DNA from: an uncultured Lentisphaeria bacterium
GTDB taxonomy: Bacteria > Verrucomicrobiota > Lentisphaeria > Victivallales > Victivallaceae
Length of the DNA: 64,000 nucleotides
Reading direction: 5' to 3'
NCBI GenBank assembly: GCA_949282965.1
Contig: CASDQW010000010.1
Span: forward strand, 4,243 to 68,242
Shown here: in pieces, positions 38,524 through 48,654 of the stretch
How the letters are laid out: every line of letters begins with the position of its first letter
Position numbering within the stretch: position 1 is the stretch's first letter
The notes under the pieces: generated by a model
What the model saw: only the letters and a program-made list of their open reading frames with translations
The model's database searches: none
Told to the model about the DNA's origin: nothing
Program-made: the position numbers and the translations under genes

Positions 38524-40260
38524 TTACGCATTCAGCCGTTCCAGTTCCAGCGCGATCTGCCGTTTCATCTCCGCCGTCGCGGCGTCGAGATCCAGCAGCA
38601 CGGTGTCGCGGGAGACGCGGCGGCGGAATTCCACCTTGCCTTCGGCCAGGGACTTCGGCGACACCACCAGCCGGAGCGGAATCCCCAGCAGGTCCGCATC
38701 GCTGAACATGAATCCGGCCTTTTCCCCCCGATCGTCGTAGAGCACCTCCACGCCGGCGGCGCACAATTCCTGATAAAGCCGCTCCGCGGCCTCGCCCACT
38801 CCGTCGCGATTCGGATTGAGCGCGCACAGCTGAACCTGATACGGCGCGATCGACATCGGCCAGATCGGACCGTAGTCGTCGCACGACTGCTCCAGCACCG
38901 CCGCCATGGAACGGCCGACGCCGATGCCGTAACAGCCCATCACCATCGGGTGCGATTTGCCGTCCCGGTCGAGATATTCACAGTGCATCGGTTCGGAATA
39001 CTTGGTGCCGAGCTGGAAAATGTTGCCGACTTCGATTCCGCGGGTCATCACCAACGGCTTGCCGGTCAGCGGACACGGATCCCCTTCCCGAACAGTGGCG
39101 ATGTCGGCGACGGTAACCGCCGCCCCGGCAAGATCGCGGTCAAAATTGAAATTGCGATAATGATAATCCGGTTCATTCGCGCCGACCACCAGGTTGGAGG
39201 ACTCGGCGGCGGAGCGGTCGATCACGATCCGCACCCGGGCCGGATCGACCGAAAGCGGCGACGCGTACCCCGGCACGCAGCCGACGGCGCGGATCGATTC
39301 GTCGTCGGCGAACTTCAGTTCCGGCGCCTGCACCAGGTTGCCGAGTTTGCTTTCGTTCACCTCGAAATCCCCGCGGATCACCGCGAAAATCAGTTCCCCG
39401 CTCTGAACGTTCTGGAAAAACACCGCCTTGCCGGTCTGTTCCGGCCCCACCCCGAGGAACCGGGCCACTTCCTCAATGGAAGTCTGTCCGGGGGTATGGA
39501 CCTTTTCCAGCGGCAGCGGCGCGGATTTTTCGAATTTCCAATCGGCCACGGCAATTTCCCGGTTGGCGCGGTAGGTGTAATCGGGGCTGGTGAAGATCGT
39601 GTCTTCCCCGCATTCGCAAATCGCCATGAACTCATGCGACACCTTGCCGCCCATCATGCCGGAATTGGACTCGATCGAAAGCACATTCTTCATGCCGATC
39701 CGCCGGAAAATCCGTTCGTAGGCGGCATGGGCGCGCTGGTAATACGCCTCCAGGTCCTCCTGCGACGTATGGAAGGAATAAGCATCCTTCATGGTAAATT
39801 CCCGCACCCGGATCATTCCCGCCCGGGGCCGGGCTTCGTCGCGGTATTTGGTCTGGATCTGATAGAGCATGACCGGAAGCTGCTTGTAACTGTTGACCTC
39901 GCTGCGCACCAGCTGGACGATCGCCTCCTCGTGGGTCATGGCCAGAAGCATCCGCTTGCCGTTGCGGTCCACGAACCGGAGCAGTTCCTGCCCGACGGAC
40001 TGATAGCGGCCGGATTCTTCCCACAATTCGGCGGGCAGCACCACGGGCATGAGCACCTCCTGTCCGTCGATGCGGTTCATTTCTTCGCGGATGATCGTCT
40101 CGATTTTCTGAACGATCCGCTTGCCGATCGGCAGCAGCGAATAGATCCCGGCGGAAACCGGGCGGATGTAGCCGCCCCGGATCAGAAATTTGTGGCTGAC
40201 GGTCCGGGCGTCCTTGGGATCCTCCTTGATCCGGCGGCCGACGAGTCTGGACATGCGCAT
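38524..40260 (-). CDS. proS: proline--tRNA ligase
   Basis: MRMSRLVGRRIKEDPKDARTVSHKFLIRGGYIRPVSAGIYSLLPIG...REFTMKDAYSFH...GCYGIGVGR. Bacterial type with an insertion domain. Confidence 0.9.
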   Translation of the reverse strand: MRMSRLVGRRIKEDPKDARTVSHKFLIRGGYIRPVSAGIYSLLPIGKRIVQKIETIIREEMNRIDGQEVLMPVVLPAELWEESGRYQSVGQELLRFVDRNGKRMLLAMTHEEAIVQLVRSEVNSYKQLPVMLYQIQTKYRDEARPRAGMIRVREFTMKDAYSFHTSQEDLEAYYQRAHAAYERIFRRIGMKNVLSIESNSGMMGGKVSHEFMAICECGEDTIFTSPDYTYRANREIAVADWKFEKSAPLPLEKVHTPGQTSIEEVARFLGVGPEQTGKAVFFQNVQSGELIFAVIRGDFEVNESKLGNLVQAPELKFADDESIRAVGCVPGYASPLSVDPARVRIVIDRSAAESSNLVVGANEPDYHYRNFNFDRDLAGAAVTVADIATVREGDPCPLTGKPLVMTRGIEVGNIFQLGTKYSEPMHCEYLDRDGKSHPMVMGCYGIGVGRSMAAVLEQSCDDYGPIWPMSIAPYQVQLCALNPNRDGVGEAAERLYQELCAAGVEVLYDDRGEKAGFMFSDADLLGIPLRLVVSPKSLAEGKVEFRRRVSRDTVLLDLDAATAEMKRQIALELERLNA

Positions 40261-40486
40261 GATGGTTGCTTTCCTGTCATTAGAAAAATACATGAATCAT
40301 TTTGTTCACCTGACAATATACACGCCGTTGGCCCCGGCGGCAAGTGCGGCACGTGGAGAAACCCTGTCGGGTTTGCTTTTTTCCGCTGAAAGGATATTGT
40401 AAATTCCGGACAGCATCGCACCGCCTGTTGCTCCCTATTCCGAGGGGGCACGACGGAGCCAAGCAGAAAATCGGAGGCATTTTGCT

Positions 40487-43450
40487 ATGAATTCGATGGA
40501 AACAATCGTGGAACGACAGCGGGAAAAACTCGGAGACGCCTACCGCCTGCTGCATGAGGTCATGCCGGAATTCTTCTTCCGGGCAATGGGTGAACGACTC
40601 GGCGACGTGCTGCCGCTGCTGTGCAATCTCGACCCCTCCTCCGGCATCCGCCGGGCGGAAATCAATACGGAGACCTTGCTGGTCTATTTCCGCAGCTCCG
40701 AAGCCAATCCGACGGTCACCAGCCGCCGCATGGCCGTCGGACACCTGAGTTCCGCCGCCGTGCATCAGGCGGTGAAACCGCTGCTGTTTGACGGGAAACC
40801 CTATACGCTGGTAGTGGAACATTATATCGCCGGGACGCCGGTCCGGAGCGAAGCCCATATTTCTCTGGAGGAACTGCAGGACGCCTATCGACGGCTGTTC
40901 GGCCCCGGCCGGGAAGAGGAACTGCGGGAAATCCACGGCCGCATCAATTTCGCCGCCGTCGCCGATCTGGACGCGGACCGGCTGGCGCAGCGCATTCGCG
41001 CCGCGCTCGACGCCCAGAACAGCGACACCGTCCGTGCCGAACTGGAAAACTGGGAGGACGACATGGTCCGGCTCACGGTATCGCTGGCCCAGCCGGTACC
41101 GCAGCCCGACCTTTTCCACCAGCTGATCGAAGCGGTCGATCTGGCCGGATTCGAACCGCGCCGCGCTTATTTCCGGGAACTGACGTTTCACGACAACGAC
41201 GAGGACTTCCATCGCCAGCCGGTGATGGTGACCACGCTCTATCTCGCCTCCAGTACAGGCGGAAAACCGGATGACGCGGCCCTGGCACGACTGCTGGAAT
41301 ACGTCCGGCTGATCAACTACGTCGAAATGGACGATCTGCTGCACCGGGAACTGGTGCGGCGCCACCATTTCCACATCGAGGACGCCAACTTCATTCGCGC
41401 CGTCGGAGAATTCGTCCACGGGCAGCTCGCCTTCGTTGACCGGAACGCCTACAATTACAATGATATTTTCCGGTTTCTCGCGCTTTATCCGGCGCTTTCG
41501 GCCCGGCTGGCGGCGGCGTTCCGGAGGCGGTTCGCCCCGGGAAGCGCGGCGGATGAACCGCTCCATCTGCAGGAATTCGAAGCGGAAACCGCCCGAATCA
41601 ATTCCGGAGATCCGGACAAGGACCATCTGGTGCGCAACGTCTTCCGGGCCGCGGCCGATTTTCTGGCGCACATCCGCAAAACCAATTTCTTCTCTCCGGA
41701 AAAGTCGGCGCTCTCCTTCCGGCTCGATCCCGGATTCATGCAGTTTTATCTGCAGCTCGGCGGCGGTTACTCCGAAGCGTTCCCACCGGAACGGCCCCAC
41801 GGGGTGTTCTTCTTCCACCGGCGCGGGGCGATCGGCTACCAGATCCGGTTTTCGGAAATCGCCCGCGGCGGCTGGCGCACGGTCATTCCCACCCGGTCCT
41901 CGAATGAACTGGAGGCATTCGACAACTATGCCGCCGCCAAGGATGAACTCTTTCGGGAAGTCTACGTCCTGGCGCACACCCAGCACCTCAAGAACAAGGA
42001 CATTTACGAGGGCGGCTCGAAAATGATCACGCTGCTGGATCCGGTCGAATCCCGCACCGGCATCAAGCCGCTGCTCTGGCAGGCGCAACGCTGTCTCTTC
42101 CAGGCCTTCCTGACCCTGATCAACTACGACGAAACCGGCCGGCTGCGGGACCATACCGTCACCGACCGGCTGGGCCACCGCGAAATCATCGAAATCGGTC
42201 CGGACGAAAACATGTTCGACCCGATGATCCTCTGGATGGGGGAATATGCCGCCGAACACGGGTACACGCTCGGCTCCGGCATCATCTCCGGCAAGCCCGG
42301 CGCGGGCATCAACCACAAGGAATACGGCGTCACCAGTTTCGGCGTGCACCAGTATCTGCTGAAAACGCTGGAGGAACTGGGTATCGATCCGGCCCGGGAC
42401 GAATTCAGCATTAAAATCTCCGGCGGGCCCGCCGGGGACGTCGCCGGAAACGAACTGAAACTCCTGCTCGCCTGCGACGATGCCGGACGTCCCCTTTATC
42501 CCGGATTGCGGCTGATCGCCATCACCGACGGTCCGGCCGTCGCCTTCGATCCGGAAGGACTGGACCGGGAAGAACTGCGACGGCTGCTCTTCCGCAGTGC
42601 GCTGGATGAATTCGATCCCGAAAAGCTCCGCGGGGAAGGCGCCTCGATTCTCTATGCCGCGCCGGTCGTCCGCGACGATGAGGAACGCCACGAACTGGTC
42701 GTGCGGCGGGACGGAAAACTGGAGAAAACCACCATCTCGCGCGATGATTTCATGCGGTTGTTCCAGCAGAATCTGACCCATTACGCCGACGTGTTCATTC
42801 CCGCCGGCGGGCGGCCTTCGACCATCGACGTACCGAACGTGCCGGACTATTTCCCCGGCAACCGTCCCTCTTTCCGGGCGATCGTGGAGGGGGCCAACTC
42901 CTTCATCACGCCCGCCGCACGGGAGGAAATTCAGAAGCGCGGCGTGCTGATCATCAAGGACGCCTCCGCCAACAAATGCGGCGTGATCACTTCCTCCTAC
43001 GAAATCCTGGCCGGATTGATGCTGACCGAGGAAGAATTTAAACAGGTCAAGCCGGAACTGGTCCCGGAAGTCAAGGAAATCCTCCGGAGCCGGGCCCGCC
43101 GGGAAGCGGACTGGCTGTATGCGCATTTCCATTCCGAAGGGATGCTGCTCACCCGGCTGACCGACCGCCTGAGCCGCGAAATCAACAGTGCCAACGATCG
43201 GATTTTCGCTTACCTCGGCCAACATCCGGAAATGGTAACCGACTGTCTGCTCAAATCGCATCTGCCGCCGCTGTTTTCCGGTCGCTTCGCGGACCGTCCG
43301 GCGCGGCTTCCGGCGGAGTACCGCCGGGCCATCGCCTCGGTGGAACTGGCCTGCCGCATGGTCTATGCACTGGAAGGCGGAGACCTCGGCAGACAATTGT
43401 TCATGCTGCTGACCGACCGTGAAAAAGAGGCATGCCAACCGAACCGGTAA
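40487..43450 (+). CDS. gdh: large (about 110 kDa class) NAD-specific glutamate dehydrogenase
   Basis: 987 aa. IARGGWRTVIP...HTQHLKNKDIYEGGSKM, INHKEYGVTSFGV, KISGGPAGDVAGNE, IPAGGRPSTI, VEGANSFITPAAREE...IKDASANKCGVITSSYEI match the catalytic/NAD blocks of large bacterial/fungal NAD-GDHs. Confidence 0.75.
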   Translation: MNSMETIVERQREKLGDAYRLLHEVMPEFFFRAMGERLGDVLPLLCNLDPSSGIRRAEINTETLLVYFRSSEANPTVTSRRMAVGHLSSAAVHQAVKPLLFDGKPYTLVVEHYIAGTPVRSEAHISLEELQDAYRRLFGPGREEELREIHGRINFAAVADLDADRLAQRIRAALDAQNSDTVRAELENWEDDMVRLTVSLAQPVPQPDLFHQLIEAVDLAGFEPRRAYFRELTFHDNDEDFHRQPVMVTTLYLASSTGGKPDDAALARLLEYVRLINYVEMDDLLHRELVRRHHFHIEDANFIRAVGEFVHGQLAFVDRNAYNYNDIFRFLALYPALSARLAAAFRRRFAPGSAADEPLHLQEFEAETARINSGDPDKDHLVRNVFRAAADFLAHIRKTNFFSPEKSALSFRLDPGFMQFYLQLGGGYSEAFPPERPHGVFFFHRRGAIGYQIRFSEIARGGWRTVIPTRSSNELEAFDNYAAAKDELFREVYVLAHTQHLKNKDIYEGGSKMITLLDPVESRTGIKPLLWQAQRCLFQAFLTLINYDETGRLRDHTVTDRLGHREIIEIGPDENMFDPMILWMGEYAAEHGYTLGSGIISGKPGAGINHKEYGVTSFGVHQYLLKTLEELGIDPARDEFSIKISGGPAGDVAGNELKLLLACDDAGRPLYPGLRLIAITDGPAVAFDPEGLDREELRRLLFRSALDEFDPEKLRGEGASILYAAPVVRDDEERHELVVRRDGKLEKTTISRDDFMRLFQQNLTHYADVFIPAGGRPSTIDVPNVPDYFPGNRPSFRAIVEGANSFITPAAREEIQKRGVLIIKDASANKCGVITSSYEILAGLMLTEEEFKQVKPELVPEVKEILRSRARREADWLYAHFHSEGMLLTRLTDRLSREINSANDRIFAYLGQHPEMVTDCLLKSHLPPLFSGRFADRPARLPAEYRRAIASVELACRMVYALEGGDLGRQLFMLLTDREKEACQPNR

Positions 43451-43461
43451 GGAGGAGCCCC

Positions 43462-43962
43462 ATGATCAAGATCAGAAAATTCAAGGATGAGGACGCGGAA
43501 GCCGTGGCGGATTTGATTTACGAATCGTACCGCTCCTTCCTGAGCGAACGGCTGGGTGACCGGTTCGAACAGCTCTGCCCGCGGCTGTCGGCGGATCACT
43601 ATCGTCAGACCGCCCTGCATCGCACCGAGGATGTCGAAACCGTTTCCTTCGTCGCGGAGGAAGATGGGAAACTGGTCGGGTTTCTCCAGGCCGAGGCGCG
43701 CGCGTTCGGTCTGGGGAGCCTCAATCTGGTCGCCACCGCGCCGGGGAGTGCCGGCAAAGGCATCGGTTCACGTCTTTTCGAAGAAGCCTATCAGTTCTGG
43801 ACCGGGCGGAAACTGCGCAAGATCGTCACCAGCGTCGCCAGCTGCAACAAGACGGCGCTGGCGTATTATCTGCGGCACGATTTCGTCCCGGAAGGATACC
43901 GCAAGGATCACTTCTTCCCCGGAGTGGACGATATTGAACTGGCCCGATTTTTGCATTACTGA
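43462..43962 (+). CDS. GNAT family N-acetyltransferase
   Basis: MIKIRKFKDEDAEAVADLI..., acetyl-CoA motif VATAPGSAGKGIGSRLFEEA. aggagg RBS upstream of ATG 43462. Confidence 0.8.
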   Translation: MIKIRKFKDEDAEAVADLIYESYRSFLSERLGDRFEQLCPRLSADHYRQTALHRTEDVETVSFVAEEDGKLVGFLQAEARAFGLGSLNLVATAPGSAGKGIGSRLFEEAYQFWTGRKLRKIVTSVASCNKTALAYYLRHDFVPEGYRKDHFFPGVDDIELARFLHY

Positions 43963-44001
43963 AATGGTCGGAGCGGACACGGCAAGGGACGGGAAGGCAA
44001 G

Positions 44002-44757
44002 ATGAGAAAGAAAATCGCTGTCGTCACCGGAGTTTCCGGAGGGTTGGGCGCCGCGCTGGCGCGAGAATTCCGCCGGCACGATTTCCTGGTGATCGGTCTT
44101 TCCCGCACTCCCCCGCCGGAAGGTGTGGTGGATGAATTCGTCGCCGCGGACCTGACGGACCCCGCGGCGCGGGACATGCTGGTCCGCGACCTTGCCGACC
44201 GGTTCGGCCGCGTTGATATCCTGATCAACAATGCCGGAATCGGCGCGTATGCCACCTGGGAGGAATTGGACGAGGAAGCCCTGCGACGCCTGTTCGAAAT
44301 CGATTTCTTCGCCCCTGTCGCCCTGACGCGCGCCATGCTGCCGCTGCTGGCGGCGGGACTCGGCACGGTGGTGAACATCTCCTCGGTGGCGGCTGCGGTG
44401 CCGGTCGCCTGCATGGGCGCGTACAATGCGGCGAAAGCGGCGCTGCGCCTCTTTTCCGAATCGCTCCGGCCGGAACTCGCAGGACGGGGCATTCATGTGG
44501 TCACGGTCTGTCCGGGAAGAATTGAAACCGGCTTTTCCCGGCGGGCGCTGGGCGGACGCAAACCACCGGAGACGCCGGGGCACGGCAGTGCCACGCCAGC
44601 GGGGCTGGCCCGCCGGGTGTACCGGGCCTGTGTCGTCCGGCGGCGCGAGGTGATTTATCCGGCCTGGTACGGCTGGGTCATGACGTTTGTCCGCATTTTC
44701 CCCGGCATCAACGAATACGCCAACCGGAAAATCTGGCATCTGGATCATGAGGATTAA
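44002..44757 (+). CDS. SDR family short-chain dehydrogenase/reductase
   Basis: TGVSGGLGAALA, NNAG, S...YNAAKAAL catalytic tetrad pattern. Confidence 0.85.
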   Translation: MRKKIAVVTGVSGGLGAALAREFRRHDFLVIGLSRTPPPEGVVDEFVAADLTDPAARDMLVRDLADRFGRVDILINNAGIGAYATWEELDEEALRRLFEIDFFAPVALTRAMLPLLAAGLGTVVNISSVAAAVPVACMGAYNAAKAALRLFSESLRPELAGRGIHVVTVCPGRIETGFSRRALGGRKPPETPGHGSATPAGLARRVYRACVVRRREVIYPAWYGWVMTFVRIFPGINEYANRKIWHLDHED

Positions 44758-45478
44758 GCGTTTATCCCGACGAATCGCCATCATCGCACTGCTGCTGGCG
44801 ACGGTGCTTCCGCTCTGCCGGGCGGAAGTCTATCTGCTGGGGCCGAAACGGCGCAGCGCCACAGAAGGCGGAAACGGCTTGCCAGGGCAGGAATTTCAGG
44901 ATCTCTTCGATTACAAGTCGCTGCTGGAGGAACCCGTCGTCTACAACGGGGTGAAATCCACGCTGCAGGTTCTGCTGATCAAACGCCCTCTGGAGGAACT
45001 GCTGGCTGAACTGCGCCACCGTTATCCCGAACTGAAAATGCGCGCCGACAATGCCGGAGTGGTTCTTTTCTGGCCCGGAGCGCGGGGCTGGCGGCAGCGA
45101 ATTCTGCTGGTCGGCAATGCCGAACAGGGCAATGTCACCTGTTTCGTCATGCGTCTGCCGGAAAAGACGCCGAACCAGCCGCAATGGCCGCGCACCCTGC
45201 CGCTGCCGCCCGGAGCCACGCCGGAAGAGACGATTCTCTTTGAAAATTCCGGCGTCAGCTACGGTGCCTTCCGGGGCAGCCTTCCCCCTGCCGAAGCACT
45301 GGCGGCCGTGGCGGAAAAGCTCGCGGCGGAGGGCTTCACGCCGGTAACCGGAGAAGCGGCGGGCGCGAACATGGTCGCCCGGGGGGAACTTTTTCTGCGC
45401 AGCCGGCCCCGGCAGCTGCTGTGGATCGCCTTCGCCGACGACGGCAGCGGCACCGTTGCCCTGACGCCGCTGAAATAG
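44747..45478 (+). CDS. hypothetical secreted protein
   Basis: MRIKRLSRRIAIIALLLATVLPLCRAEV signal peptide. Overlaps the SDR stop by 11 nt. No recognisable domain. Confidence 0.55.
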   Translation: MRIKRLSRRIAIIALLLATVLPLCRAEVYLLGPKRRSATEGGNGLPGQEFQDLFDYKSLLEEPVVYNGVKSTLQVLLIKRPLEELLAELRHRYPELKMRADNAGVVLFWPGARGWRQRILLVGNAEQGNVTCFVMRLPEKTPNQPQWPRTLPLPPGATPEETILFENSGVSYGAFRGSLPPAEALAAVAEKLAAEGFTPVTGEAAGANMVARGELFLRSRPRQLLWIAFADDGSGTVALTPLK

Positions 45479-45499
45479 CCGCTCCCGGAGCGGACCGAT

Positions 45500-46531
45500 T
45501 CAATCCGACACCCGGGAAAAACGGTATTCCATCTTCTGACGATACGTCTCTCCCGGCTCCAGCCGGATGCTCGGGAAGGCCGCATGGTGCGGACTGTCGA
45601 TCAGATGCTGCGGCTCCAGGCAGAAGCCTCCGAACCGCTCATAAACCCTGCCGCTCTTGCCGATGTCCGTTCCATTCAAGCCGCCGCCGGTATACAGCTG
45701 CACGGAAATATCGGTTCCCGCCAAATCCAGCCGAATCCCCGTTTTCGTCGAAAAGGCGGTCGCCATCCACTGCATGGTTCCCCCTTCTCCGGGCAGCCGG
45801 AAATTGTCGTCCAGCCCATTGGGAAACACGTTCAGCAATTCCCTGAAACTACGTACCCGGCGCAAATCATATGGGGTTTCCACCACCGGCAGCAGCCGTC
45901 CGGTCGGGATCAGGTCCGGCCTCACCTCCTGCCGCTCCGCGGCGTTCACCTGAATCGACTGTCCGGCAACGCTCCCGGTCCCCTCGCCGTCCAGATTGAA
46001 ATAGGCGTGTCCGGTGAGATTCACCACGGTCGTCATTGTGGTCGTCGCCTGAAATTCCAGCTCCAGCGTGTTCTCCGATGTCACCCGGTACACTGCGTCC
46101 ACGGTGAGATCTCCGGGGTAACCGCCCTCGCCGTCGGGACTGAACAACCGCAGCGCCAGCAAATTTTCCCGGTGCTCCCGGACTTCCCACAGCCGGTGGC
46201 TGAAACCAACGCCGCCGTGCAGACTGTTGTTTTTTTCATTGGCCTCCACCTGGTATGACACGCCATCCAGCGTGAAGGACGCACCGGCGATCCGGTTGGC
46301 CACCCGTCCGACCAATGCCCCGAAATAGGTGCCGCATGTCAGATAATCACACGGATCCCGATACCCCAGCACCACATCCACCGGCACCCCATCACGCCCT
46401 GGAAAATTCACCGCATACAACACGCCGCCGAAATCGCTCACGTCCGCAGTCAACTCGCCGCTTGGCGACTGCAACCGGAACAGCCGGGCTGTCCGGCCGT
46501 CCGGCAGCTTGAAAAATTCCCGCACCCTCAT
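45500..46531 (-). CDS. galM: aldose 1-epimerase (galactose mutarotase)
   Basis: YFGALVGRVANRIAGASFTLDGVSYQVEANEKNNSLHGG..GF....W, HAYFNL, FCLEPQ blocks. Start ATG 46531. Confidence 0.85.
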   Translation of the reverse strand: MRVREFFKLPDGRTARLFRLQSPSGELTADVSDFGGVLYAVNFPGRDGVPVDVVLGYRDPCDYLTCGTYFGALVGRVANRIAGASFTLDGVSYQVEANEKNNSLHGGVGFSHRLWEVREHRENLLALRLFSPDGEGGYPGDLTVDAVYRVTSENTLELEFQATTTMTTVVNLTGHAYFNLDGEGTGSVAGQSIQVNAAERQEVRPDLIPTGRLLPVVETPYDLRRVRSFRELLNVFPNGLDDNFRLPGEGGTMQWMATAFSTKTGIRLDLAGTDISVQLYTGGGLNGTDIGKSGRVYERFGGFCLEPQHLIDSPHHAAFPSIRLEPGETYRQKMEYRFSRVSD

Positions 46532-46557
46532 CGTCCGCCAGTCTCCCTTGGAATGCT

Positions 46558-47478
46558 TCAGGAAAAAAGCCATGTGGAAAGATAACGCTCCCCGGAATCC
46601 GGCAGCAGCACCACCATCCGTTTTCCCCGGAACTCCTCCCGCTCCGAGAGCCTGAAGGCCGCAGCCAGAGCCGCCCCGGAAGAAATCCCCACCAGCAGCC
46701 CCTCCTTGCGGGCAGCCTCCCGGGCGGTCTCGCCGGCGGTATCGGAATCAATCCGGACAATTTCATCGATCAGATCCAGATCCAGCACCTTCGGCACAAA
46801 ACCGGCACCGATCCCCTGAATCCGGTGCGCCCCCGCCGGACCGCCGGAAAGGACCGGTGATTCATCCGGTTCCACCGCCACCGCATACAACGCCGGGTTC
46901 CGTTCCTTCAAACCCGCCGCCACACCGGTCAACGTGCCGCCGGTCCCCACCGTGGCCACAAACACATCCACTCTGCCGCCGGTATCACGCCAGATCTCCT
47001 CGGCGGTCGTCGCCCGGTGGCAGGCGGGATTGGCCGGATTGTCGAACTGCCCGGGAATGATGGAGCCGGGATTTTCCCGCTGCAATTCCTCCGCCCGCCG
47101 GATGGCGCCGGTCATCCCCTCATCGCCCGGCGTCAACACGATTTCCGCCCCCAGCGCCTGAAGCAACTTCCGCCGCTCGATGCTCATGGTTTCCGGCATG
47201 GTCAAAATCAGCCGGTACCCCTTGACCGCCGCCGTCATGGCCAGACCAATCCCGGTATTGCCGCTGGTCGGCTCGATAATCAGGCCCCCGGGACGAAGCC
47301 CCTGATGGCATTCCGCATCGGCGATCATCGCCGCGCCGACCCGGTCCTTGACACTGGACATCGGATTGAACATTTCCAGCTTGGCAAGAATTTCCGCCCC
47401 GCCCCGGTTCAGGCGGTTGATCCGCACCAGCGGAGTATTGCCGATCAGTTCCAGTACATTAGCCGCAATCTTCTCCAT
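46558..47478 (-). CDS. cysK: cysteine synthase A (O-acetylserine sulfhydrylase)
   Basis: [15 protein letters not shown]...[14 protein letters not shown] (PLP Lys), [20 protein letters not shown]. Confidence 0.9.
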   Translation of the reverse strand: MEKIAANVLELIGNTPLVRINRLNRGGAEILAKLEMFNPMSSVKDRVGAAMIADAECHQGLRPGGLIIEPTSGNTGIGLAMTAAVKGYRLILTMPETMSIERRKLLQALGAEIVLTPGDEGMTGAIRRAEELQRENPGSIIPGQFDNPANPACHRATTAEEIWRDTGGRVDVFVATVGTGGTLTGVAAGLKERNPALYAVAVEPDESPVLSGGPAGAHRIQGIGAGFVPKVLDLDLIDEIVRIDSDTAGETAREAARKEGLLVGISSGAALAAAFRLSEREEFRGKRMVVLLPDSGERYLSTWLFS

Positions 47479-47865
47479 ATTTTGTCTCCTGTGATCCCCG
47501 GAAAGTTGCTTACCGTTGCCCAACGACTGCGCGTTGCGCCCGCTTCGCGTCGGCCACCGGCCTCGGGTCCCTGCTCCGCGTCTCCCGATACCGGTGTCCG
47601 GCCCGTGCGTCCCCGCCGTTGCTCGTTCCTCTCGGGAAAAAGATGATTATGGCCTGGCGGAGTTTCTGACAGCCTGATGAAACTTTACCACGGTTCCTCA
47701 AAAAAATCAATCCCGAAACGGTTGCAAATCTTCCACGGCGCCGTTATCTTATGAGCGCGGCGCCGCCGGACAGACCGGGCGGGATCTGAGAAAATCGCCG
47801 CACATCGGATTTTTCCAGAGCAGATTCTCCGCCGCGGCGGCGGACTCAACGCGAAAGGGAAGAAC

Positions 47866-48636
47866 ATGGACGGAAGTTTTGTTGTACTCTCGCTGCTGCG
47901 CGACGCTGCGGCCGCCGGTGCCGAAGGAAACGTTGACGAAGCCGTGCGACTGGACCGGGCATTCGACGATGAATCCGGAGAAGGCTATCTGCTGCGATTC
48001 GGCGACCGGCTCTGTTTCGCGGAACGCCGAACTGGAGAAACGGATTATTCCTGTACCGTCCTGCCGCTGACGGAAGTCGCCCTAAGCGCCTTGTCGGAAG
48101 ACCATTTTCTGACCCGGGCCCGTTTCCGCGCCGGCGACCGGTTCTTCGACTGCTGCTGGTCGTGGGCGGAACGCGAAGACGCGGAAAAAATGCTGCTTCA
48201 TCTCCAGGACGAAACCGCCGCCGCGCCTGCGACCGAAACCGGCGGCACGCCAACTGAAAGCGCCTCTCCGGCGATACTCTTCGTGGCGGGACTGATGTTC
48301 GCCGCCGGTGCGGACAACGAACTTCCGGAAGAAGAGGAGCAGAAAATCCGGGAACTGGCACCACCTCAAGCGCTGGAGCCGGGGGTGGCGTTCTACCAGC
48401 AGTCCACCCTGGAGGAGTTCGCCGCAGCGGCGCGGCGCGCCCTGAGTGACAAGCAGCTGATTTCCCTGCTCTCCAACCAGTTGGAAATTTTGATGGCGGA
48501 CGGCGAATTTTCCAGCGCGGAACGGCACATGATGTCGGAACTGGTGCGGCTGCTGGATTTCCCCCCGGAAGATTACGCCCGGATTGAAAAGGTGATTCTG
48601 CTGAAAAATCAGAGAAACGGATTGTTTGCCTCCTGA
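47866..48636 (+). CDS. hypothetical protein with a C-terminal TerB-like domain
   Basis: C-terminal half ILFVAGLMFAAGADNELPEEEEQKI...LSNQLEILMADGEFSSAERHMMSELVRLLDFPPEDY resembles the TerB/DjlA-N helical bundle. The N-terminal 120 aa is unassigned. Confidence 0.55.
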   Translation: MDGSFVVLSLLRDAAAAGAEGNVDEAVRLDRAFDDESGEGYLLRFGDRLCFAERRTGETDYSCTVLPLTEVALSALSEDHFLTRARFRAGDRFFDCCWSWAEREDAEKMLLHLQDETAAAPATETGGTPTESASPAILFVAGLMFAAGADNELPEEEEQKIRELAPPQALEPGVAFYQQSTLEEFAAAARRALSDKQLISLLSNQLEILMADGEFSSAERHMMSELVRLLDFPPEDYARIEKVILLKNQRNGLFAS

Positions 48637-48654
48637 GCGGATGCGGCGCGCCCG

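Noticed and set aside
40280-43438. 1052-aa minus-strand ORF antisense to the large GDH gene
   Set aside because: It is a shadow frame with R/G/F-rich, motif-free sequence. The plus strand has the GDH catalytic blocks, and a start with an RBS context.
47479-47700. SAM-I or other named riboswitch upstream of cysK
   Set aside because: I compared the minus-strand leader with the SAM-I core consensus from memory and found no match. It is kept only as an unclassified GC-rich leader in the findings.
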